The position numbers were made by a program, and so were the translations under genes. DNA of 64,000 nucleotides from Gemmatimonadota bacterium (GTDB taxonomy: Bacteria > Gemmatimonadota > Gemmatimonadetes > Longimicrobiales > Gaopeijiaceae), in assembly GCA_034521595.1 (NCBI GenBank), contig JAXHMG010000003.1:2432001-2496000 (forward strand), read 5' to 3'. The notes beneath the pieces were generated by a model, which saw only the letters and a program-made list of their open reading frames with translations, had not been told where the DNA came from and made no database searches. Of the stretch, positions 10,119 to 19,772 are shown one piece after another. Within the stretch, counting starts at the first letter, position 1. Each line of letters begins with the position of its first letter.

Positions 10119-11258
10119 CTGAAGATCGTGGTGCTCGGAGGCGGTCGAGTTGGACATGCGATCGTACGTGACATGGCCGCCGAAGACGATTTCTCGGTCC
10201 TGGTGGTGGACGTTGACCCGGTGACCGTCGAGCAGCTTACGGAGTTCGGAGCGGACGGTATCGTCGCCGACCTTTCACGACCCGACACGGTCGCCCGTGC
10301 GGTGGCCGCTACCGACGCCGATCTCGTGGTCGGCGCGGTGCCCGGATTCATGGGATACCAGACCGTCAAACGCGTTCTCGAAGAGGGACGCCCCGTCGTC
10401 GACATCTCGTTCTTCCCGGAAGACGCCGCGGAGCTCGAACCATTGGCCCGTAAGGCGAAAGTCCCCTGCCTCGTGGACTGCGGGATCGCTCCGGGCCTCA
10501 CGAACATGGTACTCGGACGGCTCGAGGCCGAGTTGGACGAAACGCGATCCTACCAATGCCTCGTCGGAGGGCTCCCCGTCGAAAGGACGTGGCCGTGGGA
10601 ATACAAGGCGCCGTTCTCGCCCGGAGACGTCATCGAGGAATACGTGCGTCCCGCCCGGCTGCGACGGGAGGGCAAGGAGATCACCCTGCCGGCGCTCTCC
10701 GAGCCGGAGCTCGTGAGCTTTCCCGGACTCGGCACGCTCGAAGCATTCAACACGGACGGCCTGCGGTCGCTTCTGCGCACGTGTAAGACCCCGAACATGG
10801 TGGAGAAGACCATGCGGTATCCCGGGCACGCCGAGCGCATGCGTGTCCTCCGGGAAGCCGGCTTTTTCTCCAAGCGCCAGATCCAGGCGGCATCGGGGGC
10901 GGTCCGGCCCAGGGATGTGACCGAGGCCCTCCTCTTCAGCGCCTGGCAGTTCGAAGAGGGGGAGCCCGACCTCACCGTCATGCGGATCGTCGTCGACGGA
11001 GTGAAGGACGGTCGAGACGTACGTTACACGTACAATCTCCTCGACTACTACAACCCCGACACCGAAACGTCCTCCATGGCCCGCACCACCGGCTATACCT
11101 GCACCGCCCTGGCCCGGCTCATCGCGAGCGGGCTCTGGACCGAGCCGGGCCTCGCGGCCCCGGAAGTAGTCGGTCGCAACGAGGAGTGTTACCGCAGCGT
11201 CCTCGAGCACCTGGAAGCCCGGGGCGTCCATCTGTTCGAGCGAGTGGACGAGTTCTAA
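10119..11258 (+). CDS. Saccharopine dehydrogenase / lysine 6-dehydrogenase family
   Basis: Rossmann KIVVLGGGRVG, DCGIAPG, EAFNTDGLRSL, KTMRYPGH, SMARTTGY; likely CTG start after GGAGG. Confidence 0.88.
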   Translation: MKIVVLGGGRVGHAIVRDMAAEDDFSVLVVDVDPVTVEQLTEFGADGIVADLSRPDTVARAVAATDADLVVGAVPGFMGYQTVKRVLEEGRPVVDISFFPEDAAELEPLARKAKVPCLVDCGIAPGLTNMVLGRLEAELDETRSYQCLVGGLPVERTWPWEYKAPFSPGDVIEEYVRPARLRREGKEITLPALSEPELVSFPGLGTLEAFNTDGLRSLLRTCKTPNMVEKTMRYPGHAERMRVLREAGFFSKRQIQAASGAVRPRDVTEALLFSAWQFEEGEPDLTVMRIVVDGVKDGRDVRYTYNLLDYYNPDTETSSMARTTGYTCTALARLIASGLWTEPGLAAPEVVGRNEECYRSVLEHLEARGVHLFERVDEF

Positions 11259-11358
11259 CAGAGGCGGGAGGCTCCACCACGCCGAAGGCGGACCTGGACG
11301 AGGACGATCTGGTTTTGGTTGCAGGCGACGGCACGACAGCACAATCGGAGCTCCCGGA

Positions 11359-12012
11359 GTGAACCCGCCGAGCGAGGAGGCCACGGGACGGCCGGCACCG
11401 GACGGCGAAGGATCACGTCGCTGCTTCTGGGTACCGCCCGACAACCCCGTGTACGCCGCCTACCACGACGAAGAGTGGGGCTTTCCTGTCGCCGAGGACC
11501 GGCGCCTCTTCGAGAAGATCTGCCTGGAGGGATTCCAGTCGGGGCTGTCCTGGTGGACGATCCTCCGGAAACGCGAAGCCTTTCGAGCAGCTTTCGCCGA
11601 ATTCGACTTCGAAAAGCTGGCTCGCTTCGGGCAGGCGGATGTCGAGCGCCTCCTGGGCGACGCCCGAATCGTGCGTCACCGCGGCAAGATCGAAGCGACG
11701 ATCAACAATGCGCGCCGCGCGTGCGAGATGGTCGAGCGGGAGGGCTCGCTCGCGGCCTACGTATGGCGGTTCGAGCCCGATCCGAAGACCCGTCCGGCAC
11801 GCATCACCGAAACGGACGTCCGAGCGATGACGAGCTCGCCGGAGTCGGTCGAGCTCGCGAAGGATCTCAAGAAACACGGATGGCGCTTCTTCGGCCCCAC
11901 GACGGCGTACGCGTTCATGCAGGCGATGGGCCTCGTGAACGATCACACCGAAACGTGCGCCGTGCGGGCACGGGCCGTGGACGCTCGAGCCCGCTTCTCG
12001 CCGCCACGCTGA
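11359..12012 (+). CDS. tag: DNA-3-methyladenine glycosylase I
   Basis: YHDEEWG, LEGFQSGLSW, GPTTAYAFMQAMGLVNDH..C. Confidence 0.93.
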   Translation: MNPPSEEATGRPAPDGEGSRRCFWVPPDNPVYAAYHDEEWGFPVAEDRRLFEKICLEGFQSGLSWWTILRKREAFRAAFAEFDFEKLARFGQADVERLLGDARIVRHRGKIEATINNARRACEMVEREGSLAAYVWRFEPDPKTRPARITETDVRAMTSSPESVELAKDLKKHGWRFFGPTTAYAFMQAMGLVNDHTETCAVRARAVDARARFSPPR

Positions 12013-12025
12013 GCCGGCGCGGGAG

Positions 12026-12066
12026 CTGGAGCGCCGCCCCGGCTCGAGGACGGCGCGGCGCTCCAG
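12026..12066. terminator. Inverted repeat between convergent genes
   Basis: CTGGAGCGCCGC...GCGGCGCTCCAG. Confidence 0.55.
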
Positions 12067-12076
12067 TCACCCACGC

Positions 12077-12676
12077 TCACCGCTCCTGAATACCCACCTC
12101 GGCATCAGCCGGCACGACGTTGAAGAAGATCCACATCCCGAGGGCCGTATGCCCGGGGATGGTACATACCATCGAGTAGTTCCCGGCGGACTCCGCCACG
12201 AACGTGATGGTCTCGGTCTCACCCGGCATGGTCGCGTCCACCATCGACGTGGGGTTCTCGGTCGCCGCTCCCTCGAAAACCGGCTCCGGAGACGGCGCGG
12301 CCGAAAAGTCCTCGGTCTCGTCGGAAATGACCACGCTGTGAGGCATGTTCGGATCCTCGTTCACCAGCGTGATGGTCACCGTGTAGCCCTCCGGAACGGT
12401 GATCGCCATCGAGCCGTTGATCGCGCCGTTGTAGTTCCAGTAGTTGTTGTCCGGAACCGACCCGGCGGTGATCGTCAGGTTCACCGTCTCGGCGTCCCGG
12501 TCGATCGCGTACCAGTCGGGCATCGTCATGGGGCCGGAAGGCATGGCCGGTGCCGCCGCTTCCGGAGCTGCCTCGGCATCGGTCGAAGGCGCGTCACCGG
12601 AATCGGCGGACTCGCCCCCACCGCACGCCGCAATCGAAACGACCGCCAGGGTCGGAAAGAGCCTGAAAAATCTCAT
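12077..12676 (-). CDS. Sulfocyanin-like blue-copper (cupredoxin) lipoprotein
   Basis: Lipobox IAAC; type-1 copper ligands MPH...CTIPGHTALGM. Confidence 0.85.
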   Translation of the reverse strand: MRFFRLFPTLAVVSIAACGGGESADSGDAPSTDAEAAPEAAAPAMPSGPMTMPDWYAIDRDAETVNLTITAGSVPDNNYWNYNGAINGSMAITVPEGYTVTITLVNEDPNMPHSVVISDETEDFSAAPSPEPVFEGAATENPTSMVDATMPGETETITFVAESAGNYSMVCTIPGHTALGMWIFFNVVPADAEVGIQER

Positions 12677-12962
12677 CTTCGCTCACTTCCCTCTCAGGGT
12701 TGGAGGTCCCGCTCCGCCTCCTCGGGACCGTGGCACTCCCCCCAAGATACTTCCTTTTCCCCTCCACCGGGATCGGCATGCCGGGCAACCGGGCGCCGCG
12801 ACGACCCGTCCGATGCCGAGCGCCTGAGCCTCCACCGGGTTCCGCCCCCCGAGCCGGATTGGACGGCGGACGCTGTGACGCTGGACAACGGGCCGGCCGC
12901 CCCCCATGCTCGAACAACAGCGGTCCGCCGGGAGATCGCACCAGACCAAGGGGAGACGAACG

Positions 12963-13358
12963 ATGACGAGACGGATGAAGACGGTGCCGGTCGCGACGAC
13001 CCTGGCGCTCCTCGTCATGGCGGGCGCATGCGCCACAGCATCCAGCGGGTCGGGTAGGGGAGCCCCCGACACACTCACCCGCGAGCGGCTCATCGAGACC
13101 CGGCAGGGCAACCTGTACGACGCGATCCAGTCGCTCCGGCCCCGCTGGCTGCGGGCGCGTGGGACCTCTTCCTTCTCGGGTTCTTCGGAGGTGCAGGTGT
13201 TCCTGAACGAAGCGCCGTACGGGACGGTCAGTGATCTTTCGAGCATCCCCCTCGACGCCGTACAGGACGTACGCTTCATCCAGGCTTCCGAAGCGGGTAG
13301 CCGGTACGGCACGGTCGCGGGAAGCTCCGGCGTCCTGCTCGTGCGTACCAGCTCATAG
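12963..13358 (+). CDS. Small lipoprotein resembling a TonB-receptor plug domain
   Basis: Lipobox AGAC; NLYDAIQSLRPRWL..VFLNE..ASEAGSRYG..GVLLVRT. Confidence 0.7.
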   Translation: MTRRMKTVPVATTLALLVMAGACATASSGSGRGAPDTLTRERLIETRQGNLYDAIQSLRPRWLRARGTSSFSGSSEVQVFLNEAPYGTVSDLSSIPLDAVQDVRFIQASEAGSRYGTVAGSSGVLLVRTSS

Positions 13359-13440
13359 AAGAAGTCCCGTGCTCGCGTCGGAGATGCGCTCGACCGCCGC
13401 GAACGGCGCGGCGTCCGGCTCACCTGTCCGTGCCGGGACC

Positions 13441-14658
13441 ATGCCGGCACTCGTCCTCTCCACCCTGCTCGTGGCAGCGGGGGCCTGTGCCGACGTCTCC
13501 TCCGTCGGCTCCTCGGGGCCGACGTTCACCGACAGCGCGGGCGTCCGAATCGTCGGATACGACGGGATGCCGGAGCCCGTCAGGACCGTCGCGCTATCGG
13601 AGGAGCCGCTGTTCCGGCACGGGCATCGCGACGGGGACTATCCGTTCCAGGCGATCGTCCAAGGTGCGCTCGACGGAGACGGGCGCGCGGTGGTCTTTGA
13701 CCGGGGCAGCCAGGAGCTCGTGCGGGTCTCCACGGACGGAGCCATCGACACGGTGCTCGCCCGGAGCGGACAAGGCCCGGAAGAAGTCACCCAGGTCATC
13801 TCCGTCGTCCCGTTGGACGATCGGGTGATCCTGGTTCAGGACCGAGCCAACGGCAAGATCATGCGTCTCGAGGAGGGTCGCCTGCCGGAGTCTCACTCCA
13901 CCATGACCGTGCCGGAGATCGGTCGTCGGATGAGGCTCGTGGGCATCGACGACGGCGGATCTCCTCTGCTCATCACGAGCGCGTTCAACACGGGGTTCGA
14001 GGAACCCTGGCTGCAGGGTCACATGGCCCGGCTGGACCTCGCGGCGATGGAGGCGGATACCGTGGCGACCTACGATCTGGCCCGACGCCGTCCCCGGAGC
14101 GGTCCGACCAACCCTTTCGGACACTTCGGACGCGCGGCGGTGAGCGGTCCCTCGTTCGTCTCGGCGCGCTCGGACATACCGGAGCTGACGTGGCGAGATC
14201 CCGACGGCACCGTCCGCCAGATCCTGCGGTGGGCGCCGGAGCCGCGGTACCCGGACGAGGCCGACTGGCGGGAATTCACCGAGGGATTCACGGAGAACAT
14301 GCGCCGAATCAACCCTCAGATGTCGCAGGACGAGGCCCGCCAGTTCGCCGAGCGGCAGCTCGAGCGGTTCGAGCTCCGGACGGACGAGCCGTATCCACTC
14401 TTCGCGGACCTCCGCGGCGACGACCAAGGCCGTGTTTGGATGGGGGTTTTCCATCACGGAGGGATGATGGGCGTCCCGGCCTATGACCTGATCGCGTCGG
14501 ACGGAACATGGCTCGGACGTCTGGAGCTGCCATCCGGGTTCCGTGTGCTCGACGTTCGGGACCGGCGCGTGCTCGGCGTCCTGCCGGACGAGCTCGAGGT
14601 CGAGAGCGTCGCGGTCTACGAGCTCGTCATGGAGCCGCGCGACACCGCCGAGCCCTGA
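13441..14658 (+). CDS. 6-bladed beta-propeller-like lipoprotein
   Basis: Lipobox AGAC; TDSAGVRIV, RSGQGPEE, DDQGRVW, DELEVESV. Confidence 0.7.
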   Translation: MPALVLSTLLVAAGACADVSSVGSSGPTFTDSAGVRIVGYDGMPEPVRTVALSEEPLFRHGHRDGDYPFQAIVQGALDGDGRAVVFDRGSQELVRVSTDGAIDTVLARSGQGPEEVTQVISVVPLDDRVILVQDRANGKIMRLEEGRLPESHSTMTVPEIGRRMRLVGIDDGGSPLLITSAFNTGFEEPWLQGHMARLDLAAMEADTVATYDLARRRPRSGPTNPFGHFGRAAVSGPSFVSARSDIPELTWRDPDGTVRQILRWAPEPRYPDEADWREFTEGFTENMRRINPQMSQDEARQFAERQLERFELRTDEPYPLFADLRGDDQGRVWMGVFHHGGMMGVPAYDLIASDGTWLGRLELPSGFRVLDVRDRRVLGVLPDELEVESVAVYELVMEPRDTAEP

Positions 14659-14909
14659 GATTCGCCTTGCCGTGGTTCATCTCTCCACGAAACGACGATG
14701 GGACCGACCGGCGCCGCTTCGAGCCCGAGGGCTTCCGACGATGGTCACTGTGACAGGGTCGGGCAGCTCCCGTGCCGGGCTCCTGTGTGAAACACTACGC
14801 GCTCGGATCAGTAGGGGATGAGCACACCTGACGGTGCTCCGCCTCTGTCACCGGCCAGGCGACCGCGCCGAAGGGATTGCAACATTTGACACAACCGGCA
14901 GGAGGGATA

Positions 14910-15119
14910 ATGCCTGATCTACCCTGGGGCGTGATCGCCCTGGTCGGCCTGGGCGTCGTCGCCGTCGCCAACGCGCTGCGAGCGCGGCGGACCGGCAACG
15001 CGAGCTGCCTGGGTCACCTGTTCGTGCCGGCGAAGGAGATGACGTTGCCGGAGCGCATCTTGAATCGCGGCGGGATCGCCGTCTTCGCAGTCAGCATCGT
15101 GCTGAGCTTCGTCCGGTGA
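14910..15119 (+). CDS. Small two-TM membrane protein
   Basis: GGAGG RBS; two hydrophobic segments. Confidence 0.55.
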   Translation: MPDLPWGVIALVGLGVVAVANALRARRTGNASCLGHLFVPAKEMTLPERILNRGGIAVFAVSIVLSFVR

Positions 15120-15143
15120 CCCTCCTCCGACCCAAGGGACACG

Positions 15144-16118
15144 ATGCAATACGTGAAGCTCGGCAGCACCGGCCTCGAGGTCTCCCGTCTCTGCCTCGGG
15201 ATGATGAGCTACGGCGACCCCGAGTGGCGCCCGTGGATCCTGCCCGAGGACGACGCCCGCCCCTTCGTGCGTCGCGCGGTCGAGGCGGGAATCAACTTCT
15301 TCGACACCGCCGACATGTACTCGCTCGGGGTGAGTGAGGAGGTGACCGGCAAGCTACTCGAGGAGCACATCCGGCGGGACGAGGCGGTCATCGCCACCAA
15401 GGTCTACCACCCGATGTCGGACCGGCCCAACCGGGGCGGTCTGTCGCGAAAGCACATCCTCGACGGTGTCCGGGACTCCCTGCGCCGGCTCGACACCGAC
15501 TACATCGACCTCTACCAGATCCATCGCTGGGACGACACGACGCCCATCGAGGAGACGCTGGAGGCGCTCCACGATGCGGTACGGCTGGGCTACGTACGGT
15601 ATGTCGGCGCCTCGAGCATGTTCGCCTGGCAGTTCGCCCGGTCGCTCTACCTCGCCGAGCTGAAGGGCTGGAGCCGGTTCGTCTCCATGCAGAACCACTA
15701 CAACCTCCTCTACCGTGAGGAAGAGCGGGAGATGATGCCGCTGTGCCGGGAGGAAGGGATCGGCGCGATCCCGTGGAGCCCGCTGGCGCGCGGCTGGCTG
15801 ACCCGGCCCGCGGCCCGGAAGGACGAAACGTCCCGGGGCGAGAGCGACGACTTCGCCCGCCGGCTCTACGACTTCCCGGAGGCCGACGACATCATCGGGC
15901 GGGTCGGGGAGGTGGCCGAGGCGCGAGGAATCAGCCGGGCCCAGGTGGCGCTGGCGTGGCTCCTCGGCCGGCCGGGCGTCACCGCGCCGATCGTCGGCGC
16001 CACGAAGATGGAGCACCTCGAGGATGCCCTGGGCGCGCTGGACGTCGAGCTCGACGACCAAGAAGTCGCCGCGCTCGAGGAGCCGTATCCTCCGCGTCCG
16101 GTACGCGGGCATCGGTAG
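15144..16118 (+). CDS. Aldo/keto reductase
   Basis: FFDTADMYS, IATK, IDLYQIHRW, PWSPLARG, APIVGA. Confidence 0.93.
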   Translation: MQYVKLGSTGLEVSRLCLGMMSYGDPEWRPWILPEDDARPFVRRAVEAGINFFDTADMYSLGVSEEVTGKLLEEHIRRDEAVIATKVYHPMSDRPNRGGLSRKHILDGVRDSLRRLDTDYIDLYQIHRWDDTTPIEETLEALHDAVRLGYVRYVGASSMFAWQFARSLYLAELKGWSRFVSMQNHYNLLYREEEREMMPLCREEGIGAIPWSPLARGWLTRPAARKDETSRGESDDFARRLYDFPEADDIIGRVGEVAEARGISRAQVALAWLLGRPGVTAPIVGATKMEHLEDALGALDVELDDQEVAALEEPYPPRPVRGHR

Positions 16119-16129
16119 GAACGGGAGCC

Positions 16130-16924
16130 ATGCCCGCGCCACCTGTCCACGTCGGGCCCGCCCACTCGGTCGGTCCCTTCCGCATCCGGCGCATCGACTA
16201 TGCTCCGGGCCTGCGGCAGCCGGCGCACGCGCACGAGGGCGCGAGCCTGACGCTTCTTCTCGCCGGGGAGATCCGGGAGACGACCGGTCAGCGCGAAGAG
16301 ACGGGATCGGCCCTGAGCGTGGTCGTCAAGCCCCCGGACGTCCGGCACGCCGACGAGGTGGGTCCGCGCGGAGCCCGGACGCTCCAGGTAGCGTTCGGTC
16401 CCGCGACGGTCGAGGAGCTGCGGGAGCACGGAGCGGCGCCGGAACGCTGGTTCTGGCTCCACGGCGGGTGCGGGGCGTCTCTTCTTCTGGAGCTCGCCGA
16501 GGCCCTCCACGAAGGATCGCGGCCGGCCTCCGAGCTGGAGGATCGCGTGATCGAGGCCCTGGGCGGGGTGCGTAACCGGTCGGACATCCGGGAGAATGAC
16601 GATTCCGTCTGGCTGCGCCGCGTGAAGGAAGCGATCGAAGACGATCCCTTCGGGGAGTTGAGCGTCCGCGACCTGGCCCACCTCGTGGGCGCGCATCCGG
16701 TTTCGGTCTCCCGGGCGTTCCGACGCGCGTTCGGTGTGACGATCACCGAGCACCGGAGGCGGACCCGGCTGCGGCGCGCCGCAGCGCACATCACCGCCGG
16801 CCGGGACTCTCTCTCGGGCGCTGCGCACGCCACCGGCTACGCGGATCATCCCCACATGTGCCGCGAATTCCAGGTGCTGGCGGGCCTGAGCCCGTCCGCG
16901 CTCCGGCGCCTCGCGGCCGGATAG
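16130..16924 (+). CDS. AraC family transcriptional regulator
   Basis: Cupin HAHE; HTH region HPVSVSRAFRRAFG..GYADHPHMCREF. Confidence 0.88.
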   Translation: MPAPPVHVGPAHSVGPFRIRRIDYAPGLRQPAHAHEGASLTLLLAGEIRETTGQREETGSALSVVVKPPDVRHADEVGPRGARTLQVAFGPATVEELREHGAAPERWFWLHGGCGASLLLELAEALHEGSRPASELEDRVIEALGGVRNRSDIRENDDSVWLRRVKEAIEDDPFGELSVRDLAHLVGAHPVSVSRAFRRAFGVTITEHRRRTRLRRAAAHITAGRDSLSGAAHATGYADHPHMCREFQVLAGLSPSALRRLAAG

Positions 16925-17002
16925 CTCCGTTCAAGCCCTCCTCGCGCCCTCGCGGCAGATTCTGGACGAGAATCGAATGTCCGCGGAAGCTTGGAGGGGA
17001 CC

Positions 17003-18556
17003 ATGGCCCGGAAGTCGGGACGACGGTGGGGAAGAGCTCGTACACGGTTCGAGATGATGACGGTGGCGCTGCTCCTGACGACGCCCTCGGGCGCGGGCGC
17101 TCAGGCCGTGATCGGCGGTGAGTGGAGGGACGACGTGGCGGCGTTCGCCCAGCGGGTCGTCGAAGCCGGACTCACCCCCGGCATGGGGCTAGCGGTCGCG
17201 GTCGGCGACCGGGTGGCGTGGGCGGAGGGCTTCGGGAGCGCCGATCTCGCCGCGGCACGCGCGGTCACGCCCCGGACTCCGTTCTACATCGCTTCGAGCA
17301 CGAAATCGCTCACCGCGACCGCCGTCGTGCTCGCAGCCCACGCGGGAGACGTGGACCTCGATTCTCCCATGACCCGCTACCTGCCGGAAGCCCGGCTCCC
17401 GAGTGGCATCGACGCTTCGTCGATCCGGGTCCGGGATCTGCTCACCCTCACGCACGGTCTTTCGGGGAGCGGTCCCATCGTCCTACGCACGGCCTTCACC
17501 GGCGAGTTCACCCGTGCGGAGCTCCTGGAGCTCCTACGCTACCACGAGCCGACCGGGGAGCAGGGAGAGTTCTCCTACAACAACCTGGGCTACAACCTCC
17601 TCGGAATGGTCCTCGAGGCCGTCTACGACGAAAGCTGGAAGGACGTCGTCGACCGGCTCGTCCTGGAGCCGCTGGGTATGCGCTCCACCACCGCGTATCG
17701 GTCGCGGCTCTCGGACGATCACCTCGCCCTTCCGCACGAGCTCCTTCCCGAAGGCTTCGCCCGTCTCCCCACCACGAAGCGGGACGCGAACCTTCACGCC
17801 GCGGGGGGTCACTTCGCCACGGCCGAGGATCTGGCTCGTTACCTGGCGGCCCACCAGAGCGGCGGGCGGCTCGAGGGGCGCCCGGTTCTGCCGGAGGCGC
17901 CGCTCCGGAGCACGCACCGTGTGCACGTGGAGCAGGACCGGACGTTCGGCCCGTTCCACCGTCACGGCTGGGGCTTCGGCTGGGACATCGGCACCTATGA
18001 CGGCGACACGCTCGCGCACCGGTTCGGAGGCTTCTCCGGGTATCGCTCACACATGTCGTTCATGCCGGAGCACGAGCTGGGCGTGGTGGTGCTGGTGAAC
18101 GGCGACGGATCGGCGAGCCCGGCCGCCGACCTCGTCGCCACCTACGCCTACGACCGGCTGCTGGGAAAGCCCAACCTCGACGAACAGTACCGCGAGCGCC
18201 TCGACGACCTCGTCACGGACGCAGGGGAAGCCCGAACGGGAATCGCCGAGCACCTGGCGGAGCGGGCAGCGCGCCGGGCGCCGCTGGCTCACCCGCTCGA
18301 GGCGTACGCGGGCATCTACGAAAGCCCTCGGCTCGGCCGCATGGAATGGCGTGTGGTGGCCGGTGGCTTGGAGATGTGGATGGGTGTGCTCCGGAGCCGC
18401 GCCGAGGTCTTCGACGCGCCCGAGAACCGGCTCCGCGTGGAGATCGCCGGGTCCGGCCGGGTGGTCGCCTTCCGGTTCGAAGGGGACGGGCCGGCACGGA
18501 GCGTGACGCTCCTCGGCACGGGGGCGGAGTTCGTCCGGGTGAACGACCCACAGTGA
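17003..18556 (+). CDS. Exported serine hydrolase (beta-lactamase/PBP family) with DUF3471-like C-terminus
   Basis: FYIASSTKS (SxxK), YNN, LEAYAGIYESPRLG. Confidence 0.85.
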   Translation: MARKSGRRWGRARTRFEMMTVALLLTTPSGAGAQAVIGGEWRDDVAAFAQRVVEAGLTPGMGLAVAVGDRVAWAEGFGSADLAAARAVTPRTPFYIASSTKSLTATAVVLAAHAGDVDLDSPMTRYLPEARLPSGIDASSIRVRDLLTLTHGLSGSGPIVLRTAFTGEFTRAELLELLRYHEPTGEQGEFSYNNLGYNLLGMVLEAVYDESWKDVVDRLVLEPLGMRSTTAYRSRLSDDHLALPHELLPEGFARLPTTKRDANLHAAGGHFATAEDLARYLAAHQSGGRLEGRPVLPEAPLRSTHRVHVEQDRTFGPFHRHGWGFGWDIGTYDGDTLAHRFGGFSGYRSHMSFMPEHELGVVVLVNGDGSASPAADLVATYAYDRLLGKPNLDEQYRERLDDLVTDAGEARTGIAEHLAERAARRAPLAHPLEAYAGIYESPRLGRMEWRVVAGGLEMWMGVLRSRAEVFDAPENRLRVEIAGSGRVVAFRFEGDGPARSVTLLGTGAEFVRVNDPQ

Positions 18557-18617
18557 GCTGCTTCCGGCCGCCCCACGGAGCGCCGTCGCGGCGCCGTGCC
18601 GCGTCCTCGCACCCTTC

Positions 18618-19523
18618 TCAGACGCTCGATCCGGATTTCGTCCGGTACACCAGCACCACTCCCGCGCCGGCCACGACGAGACCCGCCAGGTCCGTCGCGG
18701 TCACGGCGTCGCCGAACGCCAGCCAGGCCATGATCATCGTCACCGGCGGGCTCAGGTAGAACAGGCTCGCCACGCGCGTGGCGCTCTCGCGCACCAGCAG
18801 CCGCCACATCGCCCAGTAAGCACCGAGCGACACGGCCAGGATGAGCCACGCCATGGTCGCCACGAACGGTGCCGTCCACTGCACGGCGAATCCCTCCCAC
18901 AGCCATGCCGGCAACAACAACGCCAAGGCCGTCGCCGCGGCCTGATAGAACAACGCGACGTCGTCCGGCACGCGGTGCTCCGAGCCCGAGCTGTGCCAAC
19001 GCCGCTGCATCAGGCTCGCCACCGTGATCGCCATCACTGAGCCGAACGGGATCAGATAGCCGAGCGCCGGCGTCACGGCATCCTGGGAGAGGCGCGCGCC
19101 CACCGCGATCACCACGCCGCCGAACCCGAGCACCAGGCCGAGCCACTGCCGCGCGTCGGTGCGCTCGCCAAGGACCGGGCCCGACAACGCACCGGTCACC
19201 AGCGGCTGCAACGCGGTCACCAGCGCGACGATGCCCGCCGGCACGCCCATGTCCAACGCCACGAGCACGCAGCCGAGCCACACACCGTGCGCGAGCACCC
19301 CCACGAGCGCGGTATGGCTCGCCGCGGCCCCGCCCAGCCAGCCCAAGCGTCCACGCAATGCCAGCCACAGCCCCAACAACCCAGAGAGCGCGGTGTAACG
19401 CCAGAACAGCAAGGTCCACGGCCCGGTGAACGGAAGCCCGTACTCGGCCCCGATGAAACCGGAGTTCCACAGCAGGACGAACACGAGCTCGAGGCCGAGG
19501 ACCCGGCCGAGGAAGGAATTCAT
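18618..19523 (-). CDS. DMT/EamA family transporter
   Basis: FVLLWNSGFIGA, about 10 TM segments, SLFYLSPPVT. Confidence 0.88.
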   Translation of the reverse strand: MNSFLGRVLGLELVFVLLWNSGFIGAEYGLPFTGPWTLLFWRYTALSGLLGLWLALRGRLGWLGGAAASHTALVGVLAHGVWLGCVLVALDMGVPAGIVALVTALQPLVTGALSGPVLGERTDARQWLGLVLGFGGVVIAVGARLSQDAVTPALGYLIPFGSVMAITVASLMQRRWHSSGSEHRVPDDVALFYQAAATALALLLPAWLWEGFAVQWTAPFVATMAWLILAVSLGAYWAMWRLLVRESATRVASLFYLSPPVTMIMAWLAFGDAVTATDLAGLVVAGAGVVLVYRTKSGSSV

Positions 19524-19772
19524 GGGGATGCCGTTGATGTAGGGTCGGGACGGTTGGAAATGGCCGTGACGCTCGAGCCGGGGATCCGCCCGGCATCGCC
19601 TTCGCGCTACGGGGATAGGACGGTGGGGGAGGATTATTGATTCGGCCCGCTGACGGCGCAATGCGCGAGTCCGGCGCCCACAGCGTAGCGCACCGCCTTC
19701 CGCTAGGGCACAACACTCCCGCGCGTGGGTAACAGCTTCAAGCTGAGAGCATTTCTCCGCGCTGGAGCATCC

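Noticed and set aside
14780-14840. Hammerhead, HDV-like ribozyme or fluoride riboswitch
   Set aside because: GAAAC and CTGACGG are present, but I could not build the required stems and core for any of them
17003-18556. Beta-lactam resistance gene
   Set aside because: Generic serine hydrolase with DUF3471-like tail; no class-defining evidence
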